Assembly (NCBI GenBank): GCA_028287625.1
Contig: JAQBPH010000262.1
Location: 1-38,902 of the forward strand
Direction of reading: 5' to 3'
Origin: Chloroflexota bacterium
GTDB lineage: Bacteria > Chloroflexota > Dormibacteria > Aeolococcales > Aeolococcaceae
Length of the DNA stretch: 38,902 nt
Part shown: piece after piece, positions 1 to 9,192 of the stretch
How the letters are laid out: each line of letters begins with the position of its first letter
Position numbering within the stretch: position 1 is the first letter of the stretch
Translations under genes and position numbers: made by a program
The notes under the pieces: generated by a model
Seen by the model: the letters and a program-made list of their open reading frames with translations, nothing else
Database searches by the model: none
Told to the model about the DNA's origin: nothing

Positions 1-942
1 CAGCTCCACCAGTCCGTCGGCTTCCGCCGGAGCGGCCGCCTCGGCGCCGATGCCGAGCCGCGCCGCCGCCCGCCACAGCAGCTGCGCATCGCCGGTGGGC
101 TCGGCCGCCGCCGCGAGCAGCAGCAGCCGGGTCGCGGCCGGCAGCTGCTCGACCCGTCGTGTGAAGCTCTCCTCGATCCGGTGGGGGATGGGCGGCGTCC
201 CCGGCAGGCCGAACCTGGCGACCAGGTCCGCCGGCTCGCGACCGTGGGGAAGCTCCAGCAGGGCGAGCGGGTTCCCGTGGGTCTCGGCGACGATCCGGTC
301 ACGCACACGCGCGTCGAACCTGCCCGGGGTGACCGCTTCGAGCAGTTCGCGGGCGTCCCGGTCGGCGAGCCCGACGACGCGCAGCTCGGGGAGGCCCTCG
401 AACTCGGGCGCCGCGCAGGGCTCACGGATCGCGACGAGCATGGCGACGGACTCCGCGTACAGCCGGCGTGCAGCGATGGCCAGCACCTGGGCCGACGCCT
501 GGTCGAGCCACTGGGCGTCCTCGACGACGCACAGGAGCGCCTGCTCCTCGGCAACGTCGGCCAGCAGGCTGAGCACGGCCAGGCCGACGAGAAAGGGATC
601 CGGCGCGGCGCCCGCGGTCAGCCCGAAGGCGGCGCCCAGCGCCTCGCGCTGGGGTGCCGGCAGACGATCGAGCCGGTCGAGCATCTGCCCACAGAGCTGA
701 TGCACACCGGCGAACGACAGCTCCATCTCGGACTCCACGCCGGTGACGCGGGCGACGCGAACGCCGGACGCGCTGCCGACGGCGTGGTCGAGGAGGGCGG
801 TCTTGCCGATTCCCGCCTCGCCGCGGAGCACCAGCACGCCGCTCCGCCCCTCGTGGACGGCTCCGAGCAGCCGGTCGAGAGCGTCGCGCTCCCTGCGGCG
901 ATCGCGCAGTCTCTTCCGGCCCGGCGGCTGCGTCTCGACCAT
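1..942 (-). CDS. LuxR/LAL-type ATP-binding transcriptional regulator, N-terminal part (gene continues beyond the window start)
   Basis: Absent from the ORF track because it runs off the edge. Own reverse-strand translation from ATG at 942: MVETQPPGRKRLRDRRRERDALDRLLGAVHEGRSGVLVLRGEAGIGKTALLDH...VVEDAQWLD...ETHGNPLALLEL. Shows Walker A (GEAGIGKT), a Walker B-like VVEDAQWLD and the GNPLAL motif typical of large AAA+/LuxR regulators. Plus-strand ORFs 50..700 and 181..948 are shadow ORFs of it. Confidence 0.75.
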   Translation of the reverse strand, partial: MVETQPPGRKRLRDRRRERDALDRLLGAVHEGRSGVLVLRGEAGIGKTALLDHAVGSASGVRVARVTGVESEMELSFAGVHQLCGQMLDRLDRLPAPQREALGAAFGLTAGAAPDPFLVGLAVLSLLADVAEEQALLCVVEDAQWLDQASAQVLAIAARRLYAESVAMLVAIREPCAAPEFEGLPELRVVGLADRDARELLEAVTPGRFDARVRDRIVAETHGNPLALLELPHGREPADLVARFGLPGTPPIPHRIEESFTRRVEQLPAATRLLLLAAAAEPTGDAQLLWRAAARLGIGAEAAAPAEADGLVEL

Positions 943-1124
943 GGCTGAGGCAGGATCCTAACGGCATGGCTCGCTGGTGGAAAGACGCTGGGGGACGACT
1001 GAATCTCTCAGACGCGACTGGGGGTTGCGACCAGGCCCGAGCGCCCACTCTGACAATCGCGTAATCTGAGGGGCATGGCTGCCCGACTGCCGGAACACGC
1101 CGAGGCGAGAGCGGGGCCGGCGGC

Positions 1125-2759
1125 ATGACCCGCCTTCCGCGGGACGTCACGCCGCTTCCGGATCTGCTGCACGGGCGTGGCCGCGCCGGGCCGGTCCGGG
1201 AGCGCCGCCCCGTCTACGTGGACCTGCTGCCGACGTGCAACGCCGGCTGCCCGGCCGGAGAGAACATCCAGGCCTGGCTGGCGCACGCCGAGGCCGGCCG
1301 CCACGAGGCGGCGTGGCGCCAGCTGGTGCAGGACAATCCGCTGCCGGCGATCCACGGGCGGGTCTGCTACCACCCGTGCGAGAGCGTCTGCAACCGAGCC
1401 AACCTCGACAGCGCCGTCTCGATTCACTCGGTCGAGCGGTTTCTCGGCGACCTGGCGCTGGAGCGAGGCTGGATGCTCGACCCCCCGCCCACTCTCAGCG
1501 GCAAGCGGGTGCTCGTCATCGGCGCGGGGCCGAGCGGGCTGTCCGCGGCCTACCACCTGACCCGGCTCGGTCACCAGGTCGAGATCCGCGACGCGGGGGC
1601 CGAGCCTGGCGGCATGATGCGGTACGGCATCCCGGCGTATCGGATGCCCCGCGAGGTCCTCGACGCCGAACTGGCCCGGATCGTGGCGCTGGACGTGCGG
1701 ATCACCTGCGAGCACCGGGTCGAGCACCTTGCCATCGAGCGGAACGAGGGCGACTTCGACGCGGTCTTCGTCGCGGTGGGCGCCCACCTGTCCAAGCGCG
1801 TCGACATCCCGGCGCGGGATGCCGCCCGGATCGTGGACGCGGTGTCGTTCCTCCGCAGCGTCGCCTCCGGCGAGCGGCCGGTGATCGGACGGCGCGTCGC
1901 GGTCTACGGGGGCGGCAACACCGCGATGGACGCCGCCCGGGTTGCCCGACGGCTGGGTGCGGACGAGGCTCTGATCGTCTATCGCCGCACCCGCGAGCAG
2001 ATGCCGGCCCATGTCGAGGAGGCCGAGGACGCCGAGCGCGAGGGCGTTCGGATCAACTGGCTCCGGACGATCACAGCCTTCGACGGCCCGGCGCTGACCG
2101 TTGAGGTCATGGACCTGGACGAGTCCGGGTATCCGCGGCCGACCGGACGCTTCGAGACGCTTGCCGCGGACACCGTGATCCTGGCGCTCGGCCAGCAGAC
2201 CGACACCGCGTTCCTGCGCGAGCTGCCGGGACTGGAATTCGAGCCCGACGGCACCGTGCTGGTGTCGACCTCGCTGATGACCGGATGTCCCGGTGTGTTC
2301 GCCGGCGGGGACATGGTGCCGAGCGAGCGCACCGTGACGGTCGGCGTGGGGCACGGCAAGAGGGCCGCTCGCCACATCGACGCGTACCTGCGCGGCGCTC
2401 CCGTGTCCAGCCCGCCGAAGCATGGCCTGGCCACGTTCGACGGGTTGAACCTGTGGTATTTCGGCGATGCCGTCCGGCGGCAGCAGCCTGAGCTCGCGCC
2501 CCAGGACCGCGTCGCCGATTTCGGCGAGGTGGTCGGTGGCCTCTCCGTCGAGGAGGCGACCTACGAGGCGCGCCGGTGCCTCTCGTGCGGCAACTGCTTC
2601 GAGTGCGACGGCTGCCTGGGTGCGTGCCCCGAGGTTGCGGTCGTCAAGCTGGGCGTCGGGCACCGCTACCGGTTCGACTACGACCGGTGCACGGGCTGCG
2701 GGGCGTGCTTCGAGCAGTGCCCGGTCCACGCGATCGAGATGGTGCCGGAGCGGGGATGA
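1125..2759 (+). CDS. GltD/PreT-like NAD(P)H-dependent FAD oxidoreductase with C-terminal 2x[4Fe-4S] ferredoxin domain
   Basis: N-terminal Fe-S motifs CNAGCPAGENI and GRVCYHPCESVCNR. Two Rossmann motifs: VLVIGAGPSGLSAA and VAVYGGGNTAMDAA. C-terminal CLSCGNCFECDGCLGACP and CTGCGACFEQCP. Its stop overlaps the next start (ATGA at 2756-2759). Confidence 0.85.
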   Translation: MTRLPRDVTPLPDLLHGRGRAGPVRERRPVYVDLLPTCNAGCPAGENIQAWLAHAEAGRHEAAWRQLVQDNPLPAIHGRVCYHPCESVCNRANLDSAVSIHSVERFLGDLALERGWMLDPPPTLSGKRVLVIGAGPSGLSAAYHLTRLGHQVEIRDAGAEPGGMMRYGIPAYRMPREVLDAELARIVALDVRITCEHRVEHLAIERNEGDFDAVFVAVGAHLSKRVDIPARDAARIVDAVSFLRSVASGERPVIGRRVAVYGGGNTAMDAARVARRLGADEALIVYRRTREQMPAHVEEAEDAEREGVRINWLRTITAFDGPALTVEVMDLDESGYPRPTGRFETLAADTVILALGQQTDTAFLRELPGLEFEPDGTVLVSTSLMTGCPGVFAGGDMVPSERTVTVGVGHGKRAARHIDAYLRGAPVSSPPKHGLATFDGLNLWYFGDAVRRQQPELAPQDRVADFGEVVGGLSVEEATYEARRCLSCGNCFECDGCLGACPEVAVVKLGVGHRYRFDYDRCTGCGACFEQCPVHAIEMVPERG

Positions 2760-5700
2760 TGCGGGCGACGATCGATGGGAACGAGGCGGCGGTGTCGGTC
2801 GCCTACCGGCTCAACGAGGTCTGCTGCATCTACCCGATCACGCCGTCGTCGCCGATGGCGGAGCTGGCGGACGAGTGGGCCAGCCAGCGGCGGCCCAACG
2901 TGTGGGGCACCGTGCCCGCCGTGGTTGAGATGCAGAGCGAGGGAGGCGCGGCCGGGGCTCTGCACGGCGCGCTGCAGGGCGGGGCGCTGGCCACGACCTT
3001 CACCGCCTCGCAGGGCCTGCTGCTGATGATCCCGAACATGTACAAGGTCGCCGGAGAGCTGACTCCCGCGGTGCTGCACGTCGCCGCCCGGTCGCTGGCG
3101 GCGCAGGGACTGTCCATCTTCGGCGACCACTCGGACGTGATGGCGGTGCGGCAGACGGGCTTCGCGATGCTCGCCTCGGCGTCCGTCCAGGAGGCCCACG
3201 ACCTCGCGCTGGTGGCGCACGCCGCCACGCTGCAGACGCGGGTGCCCTTCGTGCACTTCTTCGACGGCTTCCGCACCTCCCACGAGCTGAACACGGTCGA
3301 GCTGCTCTCCGACGACGACCTGCGTGCCCTGGTGCCGGAGGAGCTGGTCCGCGCGCACCGCGGACGGGCGCTGTCGCCGGACCGGCCGTTCATCCGCGGC
3401 ACCGCGCAGAACCCGGACGTCTACTTCCAGGCGCGGGAGACCGTGAACCCGTTCTACGCCCGCACCCCGGGCGCCGTCGAGAACGCGATGGCGCGCCTGG
3501 CCGAGCGCACCGGTCGCCGCTACCACGTCGTCGACTACGCCGGTCACCCGGAGGCGGAACGGGTGCTCGTCGTGATGGGCTCGGCCGCCGAGACCGTCCG
3601 CGAGACCGTGGCCCACCTCACCGCACGTGGCGAGCGGGTCGGGGTGCTGCAGGTGCGGCTGTTCCGGCCGTTCCCGGCCCGGGCCCTGCTCGAGGCGCTG
3701 CCTGCGAGCGTGCGCCGGCTCGCCGTCCTCGATCGGACCAAGGAGCCCGGTTCGAACGGTGAGCCGCTCTTCCTGGACGTGGTCGCGGCGCTGCTGGAGT
3801 CGCATGAGGACGGTGATCGGGCGGTCCTGCCGGTGGTGACCGGTGGCCGGTACGGCCTGTCGTCGAAGGAGTTCACCCCGGGCATGGTCGCCGGGGTGTT
3901 CGCGGAGCTGGAGCGCGAGCGGCCGCGGCGGGGGTTCACGATCGGCATCATCGACGACGTCTCCGGGACGAGCCTGCCCTACGACGCCTCGCTGGACATC
4001 GAGCCGGCCGGCACCGTCCGTGCGGTGTTCTACGGCCTGGGCTCGGACGGCACCGTCGGTGCGAACAAGAACACCATCAAGATTCTGGGGTCGGAGGAGC
4101 ACCTGCACGCCCAGGGGTACTTCGTCTACGACTCCAAGAAGTCGGGCTCCCAGACGGTGTCACACCTGCGCTTCGGATCCCAGCCGATCCGTGCGCCCTA
4201 CCTCGTCCAGCAGGCGAGCTTCGTCGGCTGCCATCACTTCGGGTCGCTGGACCGGGTCGACATGCTCGGGCGGGCGGCCACCGGCGCCACCCTGCTCCTC
4301 GACTGCCCGCACCCGCCGGATGGGGTCTGGGACGCGCTGCCTCGCCCGGTCCAGGAACAGATCCTCGCCAAGCGCATCGAGGTGTACGCGATCGACGCCG
4401 GCCGGATCGCCCGAGAGGTCGGTCTCGGCGGGCGGACCAACACCATCCTGCAGACCTGCTTCTTCGCCATCTCCGGCGTGCTGCCGCGCGAGGAGGCGAT
4501 CGCCCGGATCAAGGCCGCGATCGACAAGACCTACGGCCGGCGCGGCGCCGAGGTCGTCGAACGCAACCATGCGGCGGTGGACAGCGCGCTGGAGGGATTG
4601 CACCGGATCGAGGTGCCCGACCTGGTGACCTCCACTCGCGAGCTGCCGCCGGTCGTGCCCGCGGACGCGCCGGAGTTCGTCCGCAGCGTCACCGCGGCGA
4701 TGATCGCCGGCCGCGGCGACGACCTGCCGGTCAGCGCGCTGCCGGTCGACGGCACCTACCCGAGCGGCACCGCGGCGTACGAGAAGCGCAACATCTCCGA
4801 GCTCGTCGCGGTCTGGGACCCCGACCTGTGCATCCAGTGCGGAAACTGCAGCTTCATCTGCCCGCACAGCGTGATCCGGTCCAGGTACTACGACCAGTCC
4901 CGCCTGGACGGCGCGCCGGCCCAATTCCACTCGGCTCCCCTGGACGCCCGCGGCCTCCCGGACACCCGCTACACGCTCCAAGTGTACGTCGAGGACTGCA
5001 CCGGATGCGCTCTCTGCGTCGAGGCCTGCCCGGCGCTGGCGCCGGGCGACCCGGCGCGCAGGGCCATCAACCTCGCGCCACGCGAGCCGCTGGTGGCCGC
5101 CGAGCGGGAGAACATCGCCTTCTTCGAGACCCTGCCGCGAGCCGACCGGTCCCGGGTGGACTTCGGCACGGTGCGCGGCACGCAGTTCCTGGAGCCGCTC
5201 TTCGAGTTCTCCGGCGCCTGCGCGGGCTGTGGCGAGACGCCGTACATCAAGCTCCTGTCGCAGCTGTTCGGTGACCGGCTGACGGTCGCCAACGCCACCG
5301 GCTGTTCCTCGATCTACGGTGGGAACCTGCCCACCACACCGTGGACGACCGACGCCGACGGGCGCGGCCCAGCCTGGTCGAACTCGCTCTTCGAGGACAA
5401 CGCCGAGTTCGGGCTCGGCTTCCGGCTCACCGCCGACCAGCACACCGAGCTGGCGCGAAGGCGTCTTGCCGAGCTGCGGGAGGTGGTGGGGGCCGAGCTG
5501 GTGGACGGCATCCTCACCGCGCCGCAGCTCCGCGAGTCGGAGCTGCGTTCGCAACGCGAACGGGTGACCGAGCTGAAGCGGCGACTCGAGAGGCTCGACG
5601 GCCCCGCGGCAATCGACCTGCGCAGCGTTGTCGATCACCTGGTCCGGCGCAGCGTGTGGATCGTCGGCGGCGACGGCTGGGCCTACGACATCGGGTCCGG

Positions 5701-6328
5701 CGGGCTCGACCACGTCCTGGCCAGCGGGCGCAACGTGAACGTGCTGGTGCTCGACACCGAGGTCTACTCCAACACCGGCGGGCAGATGTCCAAGGCGACG
5801 CCGCTCGGCGCCGTCGCCAAGTACGCCTCCGCCGGCAAGACCGTGCCGAAGAAGGACCTCGCCCTCCAGGCGATCGCCTACGGCAACGTGTACGTCGCCC
5901 GGGTCGCGATGGGCGCCGATCCACAGCAGACACTGCGGGCCTTCCGCGAGGCGGAGGCCTACGACGGGCCGTCCCTGGTGATCGCCTACAGCCACTGCAT
6001 CGCGCACGGCATCGAGATGCGGGATGGGCTCAACCAGCAGTACCGCGCGGTGGCCAGTGGGCACTGGCCGCTGCTCCGCTACGATCCGGTCGCGCGCGCG
6101 GGGGACGGCAACCCGTTCCTGCTCGACTCGCCGCGGCCGCGCATCCCACTGGCCGACTACATCTACCGGGAGCTGCGGTACCGCGTGCTCGCGAACAGCG
6201 ACCCGGCGGAGGCTGAACGGCTGCTCGGCCTGGCCCAGCAGGCCGTCGAGCAGCGCTGGACCGTGTACGAGGAGATGGCGACCCGTGGCGCGCAGCGGTT
6301 CCCGGCGGACGCGCGGAAGGATCACTGA
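2756..6328 (+). CDS. nifJ: Pyruvate:ferredoxin (flavodoxin) oxidoreductase, single-polypeptide NifJ/YdbK type
   Basis: About 1190 aa from MMRATIDGNEAAVSVAYRLNEV. Internal ferredoxin domain CIQCGNCSFICPHS and CTGCALCVEACP. TPP domain GGDGWAYDIGSGGLDHV...LVLDTEVYSNTGGQ. The track ORF starts at 2576, but the ATG at 2756 overlaps the upstream stop and matches the usual PFOR N-terminus. Confidence 0.93.
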   Translation: MMRATIDGNEAAVSVAYRLNEVCCIYPITPSSPMAELADEWASQRRPNVWGTVPAVVEMQSEGGAAGALHGALQGGALATTFTASQGLLLMIPNMYKVAGELTPAVLHVAARSLAAQGLSIFGDHSDVMAVRQTGFAMLASASVQEAHDLALVAHAATLQTRVPFVHFFDGFRTSHELNTVELLSDDDLRALVPEELVRAHRGRALSPDRPFIRGTAQNPDVYFQARETVNPFYARTPGAVENAMARLAERTGRRYHVVDYAGHPEAERVLVVMGSAAETVRETVAHLTARGERVGVLQVRLFRPFPARALLEALPASVRRLAVLDRTKEPGSNGEPLFLDVVAALLESHEDGDRAVLPVVTGGRYGLSSKEFTPGMVAGVFAELERERPRRGFTIGIIDDVSGTSLPYDASLDIEPAGTVRAVFYGLGSDGTVGANKNTIKILGSEEHLHAQGYFVYDSKKSGSQTVSHLRFGSQPIRAPYLVQQASFVGCHHFGSLDRVDMLGRAATGATLLLDCPHPPDGVWDALPRPVQEQILAKRIEVYAIDAGRIAREVGLGGRTNTILQTCFFAISGVLPREEAIARIKAAIDKTYGRRGAEVVERNHAAVDSALEGLHRIEVPDLVTSTRELPPVVPADAPEFVRSVTAAMIAGRGDDLPVSALPVDGTYPSGTAAYEKRNISELVAVWDPDLCIQCGNCSFICPHSVIRSRYYDQSRLDGAPAQFHSAPLDARGLPDTRYTLQVYVEDCTGCALCVEACPALAPGDPARRAINLAPREPLVAAERENIAFFETLPRADRSRVDFGTVRGTQFLEPLFEFSGACAGCGETPYIKLLSQLFGDRLTVANATGCSSIYGGNLPTTPWTTDADGRGPAWSNSLFEDNAEFGLGFRLTADQHTELARRRLAELREVVGAELVDGILTAPQLRESELRSQRERVTELKRRLERLDGPAAIDLRSVVDHLVRRSVWIVGGDGWAYDIGSGGLDHVLASGRNVNVLVLDTEVYSNTGGQMSKATPLGAVAKYASAGKTVPKKDLALQAIAYGNVYVARVAMGADPQQTLRAFREAEAYDGPSLVIAYSHCIAHGIEMRDGLNQQYRAVASGHWPLLRYDPVARAGDGNPFLLDSPRPRIPLADYIYRELRYRVLANSDPAEAERLLGLAQQAVEQRWTVYEEMATRGAQRFPADARKDH

Positions 6329-7341
6329 TGGACCTGTCGACCGACTACATGGGCCTGCGGCTGCGCAACCCGCTGGTGGCGTCGGCGTCCCCGCTGTCCC
6401 AGACCGTCGACGGCGTCCAGCGACTGGCGGACGCCGGCGTCGGTGCGGTGGTGCTCTTCTCCCTCTTCGAGGAGCAGCTGCGCCGGGAGGCGGCGCAGAA
6501 CGCGCGGCTGATGGAAGCCGGCACCGAGAGCTTCGCGGAGTCGCTGTCCTACTTCCCCGTCGCGGCCGACAGGGAGGTCGGCCCGGCCCGGTACCTGTGC
6601 CTGCTGGAGCGCGCCGCCGCTGCCGTGGAGGTGCCGGTGATCGGCAGCCTCAACGGGGTCACGCCTGGCGGCTGGGTCGACTACGCGCGGGCGATGGAGG
6701 ACTCCGGGGCTGCCGCGATCGAGCTGAACATCTACTTCGTTCCCGGCGATCCGCACATCTCCGGCCGCGATGTCGAGAAGCGGCACATCGACATCCTGAC
6801 GCGCGTGAAGGCGGCGGTGACCGTGCCGGTGGCGGTCAAGCTGAGCCCGCACTTCAGCTCGACCGGTGAGGTGGCGCTGGGACTGGACCAGGCAGGTGCG
6901 GACGGGCTGGTGCTCTTCAACCGGTTCCTGCAGCCGGACATCGACCCGGAGACCCTCGCCGTGGTGTCGACCATCGACCTCTCCACGCCCGCGGAGGCCC
7001 GGCTGCCACGCACGTGGATCTCGATCCTGCACGGACGGGTGCGTGCCGCACTGGCGGCAACCACGGGCGTCGAGGGCCCGGCCGACGTGGTCAAGTACCT
7101 CCTCGCCGGCGCGAACGTGGTCATGACCGCCTCGGCGCTGCTGCGGCACGGCCCGGAGCATGCGGCCGTGCTCCTCGACGGCCTGTCCAGCTGGATGGAG
7201 CGCAAGGGATTCGCGACCGTCGACGAGCTGCGCGGGATGCTCTCGCTACCGCTCGGCACGGACGAGGCGGCACACGAGCGCGCCGGCTACGTCAGCGTCC
7301 TGCGTGCAGCCAACAGGAGCGCCGCCCACGGTCCATGGTGA
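6328..7341 (+). CDS. Dihydroorotate dehydrogenase-like / PreA-like TIM-barrel flavoprotein
   Basis: MGLRLRNPLVASASPLS...IELNIYFVP...VAVKLSP...GADGLVLFNR pattern of class-1 DHOD/dihydropyrimidine dehydrogenase family. Its start overlaps the nifJ stop by 1 nt (TGATG). Confidence 0.8.
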   Translation: MDLSTDYMGLRLRNPLVASASPLSQTVDGVQRLADAGVGAVVLFSLFEEQLRREAAQNARLMEAGTESFAESLSYFPVAADREVGPARYLCLLERAAAAVEVPVIGSLNGVTPGGWVDYARAMEDSGAAAIELNIYFVPGDPHISGRDVEKRHIDILTRVKAAVTVPVAVKLSPHFSSTGEVALGLDQAGADGLVLFNRFLQPDIDPETLAVVSTIDLSTPAEARLPRTWISILHGRVRAALAATTGVEGPADVVKYLLAGANVVMTASALLRHGPEHAAVLLDGLSSWMERKGFATVDELRGMLSLPLGTDEAAHERAGYVSVLRAANRSAAHGPW

Positions 7342-7363
7342 CCGCGGCAGGTCGAGATCGGTT

Positions 7364-8455
7364 CTAGGCCCTTGCGCCGACGGGAACGGCCAACTCTCGG
7401 TCGCTCCTGGTGCCGCCACTCGTCAGTACGACCTTCAGCGCACCGGTCTCCGCCGCCCTTGCAAACGTGTCGTACGCCGCCGTGATGTCCTCGAGCGCGA
7501 ACCTCTGAGTGACCAGGGAGCCGGTACGGAGCTGCCCCCCCGCCAGCAGGCGGATCAGTGTGGGTGTGGTGAACGTGTCGACCAACCCCGTGGTGATGGT
7601 GACATCGCGTATCCAGAGCGTCTCGAGATGGAGCGTGGCGGGTTTGCCGTGCACGCCGATATTGGCAACCCGTCCCCCCGGACGGACCAGCTCGGTTGCG
7701 AGCTCGAACGTGGCGGGAATCCCGACCGCCTCCATTGCGACGTCGGCGCCGAGGCCATCTGTCAGACCCCGCACCACAGCCAGTGGATCGTCGCGCCCGT
7801 TGTTCACGACGATGTCGGCGCCGAAGGTCTTGGCGGCCTCCAGTCGGGTGTCGGCGAGATCGATGGCAACGATGTGTGCAGGGCTGAAGAGCTTCGCGGT
7901 CATCACGGCGGCCAACCCGATGGGGCCGGCGCCGACGATCGCCACGACGTCACCGGGTGCGACCTGGCCCTTGAGAACCCCGACCTCATAGCTCGTCGGG
8001 AGAATATCCGCAAGCATCAAGAGGTCTTCATCGCTCACGCCGGCGGGGACGGGGTAGGTTGAGGTGTCTGCGAAGGGCACGCGGACGAACTCGGCCTGGG
8101 TTCCGTCGATCAGGTGACCGAGGATCCATCCACCACCCCCGAGGCACTGGCCGTAGCGTCCCTCCCGGCAGAATCGGCATGCGCTGCAGGCCGTGATGCA
8201 CGACACCAGCACGCGATCTCCCGGGCGGACATTCTTCACCGCCGGTCCGACCGATGTGACAGTGCCGACGGCTTCGTGGCCAAGAATGCGGCCGTCGGTG
8301 ACCGCAGGTACATCACCCTTCAATATATGGAGATCCGTGCCACAGATGGTGACCGCGTCGACCCGAACGATCGCGTCCGTGTCCGCGGATATCTCGGGTG
8401 TCGGGACATCCTCCCATGCCTTCTGGTCAGGGCCGTGATAGACGAGCGCCTTCAT
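7364..8455 (-). CDS. Zn-dependent medium-chain alcohol dehydrogenase
   Basis: MKALVYHGP start preceded by AGGAGG. Motifs: CGTDLH, GHEAVG, structural Zn cluster CITACSACRFCREGRYGQC and Rossmann VAIVGAGPIGL. The track start at 8521 adds 22 non-homologous residues. Confidence 0.85.
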   Translation of the reverse strand: MKALVYHGPDQKAWEDVPTPEISADTDAIVRVDAVTICGTDLHILKGDVPAVTDGRILGHEAVGTVTSVGPAVKNVRPGDRVLVSCITACSACRFCREGRYGQCLGGGGWILGHLIDGTQAEFVRVPFADTSTYPVPAGVSDEDLLMLADILPTSYEVGVLKGQVAPGDVVAIVGAGPIGLAAVMTAKLFSPAHIVAIDLADTRLEAAKTFGADIVVNNGRDDPLAVVRGLTDGLGADVAMEAVGIPATFELATELVRPGGRVANIGVHGKPATLHLETLWIRDVTITTGLVDTFTTPTLIRLLAGGQLRTGSLVTQRFALEDITAAYDTFARAAETGALKVVLTSGGTRSDRELAVPVGARA

Positions 8456-8484
8456 GATGGGTCCTCCTGTCGGTGTGGCGGCGA

Positions 8485-8685
8485 TCATGCCGCTGCGCGG
8501 CGCGGTCTCGGCGACGGCCACCAGGTCCAGCGGCCCAGCGAGATGACCACCGCGGGTACGAGCACGGTGAGGATGAGGAGGAGGTCCAAGAGCACGCCAA
8601 CGGCGCGGCGCACCGCCTCGCGGAGCGGGTGATGCTGCGCCTCCTCGCGGGCCGGAGATGATGATGCGCTAATCTTTCGAAATCG
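8485..8685 (-). pseudogene. Possible C-terminal remnant of an MMPL/RND-type transporter (no usable start codon)
   Basis: Own translation: ...HPLREAVRRAVGVLLDLLLILTVLVPAVVISLGRWTWWPSPRPRRAAA*. A TM helix followed by LGRW-x-WW-P, as seen at the C-termini of MMPL proteins. Only 66 open codons, bounded upstream by an in-frame TGA. Confidence 0.3.
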
Positions 8686-8783
8686 TCAACTTGTGGCGTC
8701 CCGCCATCAGCCGAGGATGGGCGCCGCCGGCAGACGGCCAGAGATCACACCGCTGTCACCTCAGACCCTCAGGGAGCCTCTCA

Positions 8784-9116
8784 GTGTTCAAGAGTATCCT
8801 GGTGGCCGTCGATCGCTCGGAGCACGGGCGAGCCGCGGTCCGCGAGGCCGTCGACATCGCCCTGACCCAGGACGCATCGCTCACCATCCTCACGGTGTAC
8901 AGCACGCTGCTCTCCTGGCCGGCGTCGATGGGTGCAGGCATCCCCCAGGACGTCCTCGACGACTTCGCCCAAGGGCGGCTCGCCGAGGCCAGGGAGACGC
9001 TCGAGGAGACGGTCGCATCGCTGCCGCCCGGAGTGGAGGCACGCACGGTGCTCGTCGTCCGCCTTCACGACCTCGGCGCCGAGGATGGTCGCGAAGGACC
9101 TTCCTCGGCGCCCTGA
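8784..9116 (+). CDS. Universal stress protein-like, apparently C-terminally truncated or degenerate
   Basis: GTG start with GGGAG 7 nt upstream. VFKSILVAVDRSEHGRAAVREAVDIALTQDASLTILTV is a typical USP N-terminus. The C-terminal G-x2-G-x9-G(S/T) nucleotide-binding motif is missing. Confidence 0.5.
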   Translation: MFKSILVAVDRSEHGRAAVREAVDIALTQDASLTILTVYSTLLSWPASMGAGIPQDVLDDFAQGRLAEARETLEETVASLPPGVEARTVLVVRLHDLGAEDGREGPSSAP

Positions 9117-9192
9117 CCTTGACGAGACGGCTACCTGTCCAGCCTGCGAACTTCGTGCGCGCGCGCGCGCACCACGATCAGCGTGATGTCCC

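Noticed and set aside
1008-2729. Long reverse-strand ORF (573 aa) antisense to the GltD-like gene. Similar long antisense ORFs lie at 2678..4108, 4160..6325, 15728..17158, 16624..18786, 19069..20634, 21558..23759 and 30374..32029.
   Set aside because: Their translations are Arg/Pro/Gly/Ala-rich with no recognisable motifs. Each lies opposite a gene with strong family signatures. They are typical shadow ORFs of high-GC DNA.
9155-9172. GTGCGCGCGCGCGCGCAC, an 18-nt perfect palindrome with (GC)7, between the convergent USP-like and MetE-like genes; considered as a terminator.
   Set aside because: It has no loop and no T-tract, so it is not a convincing intrinsic terminator. It is more likely a simple dinucleotide repeat with Z-DNA potential only.
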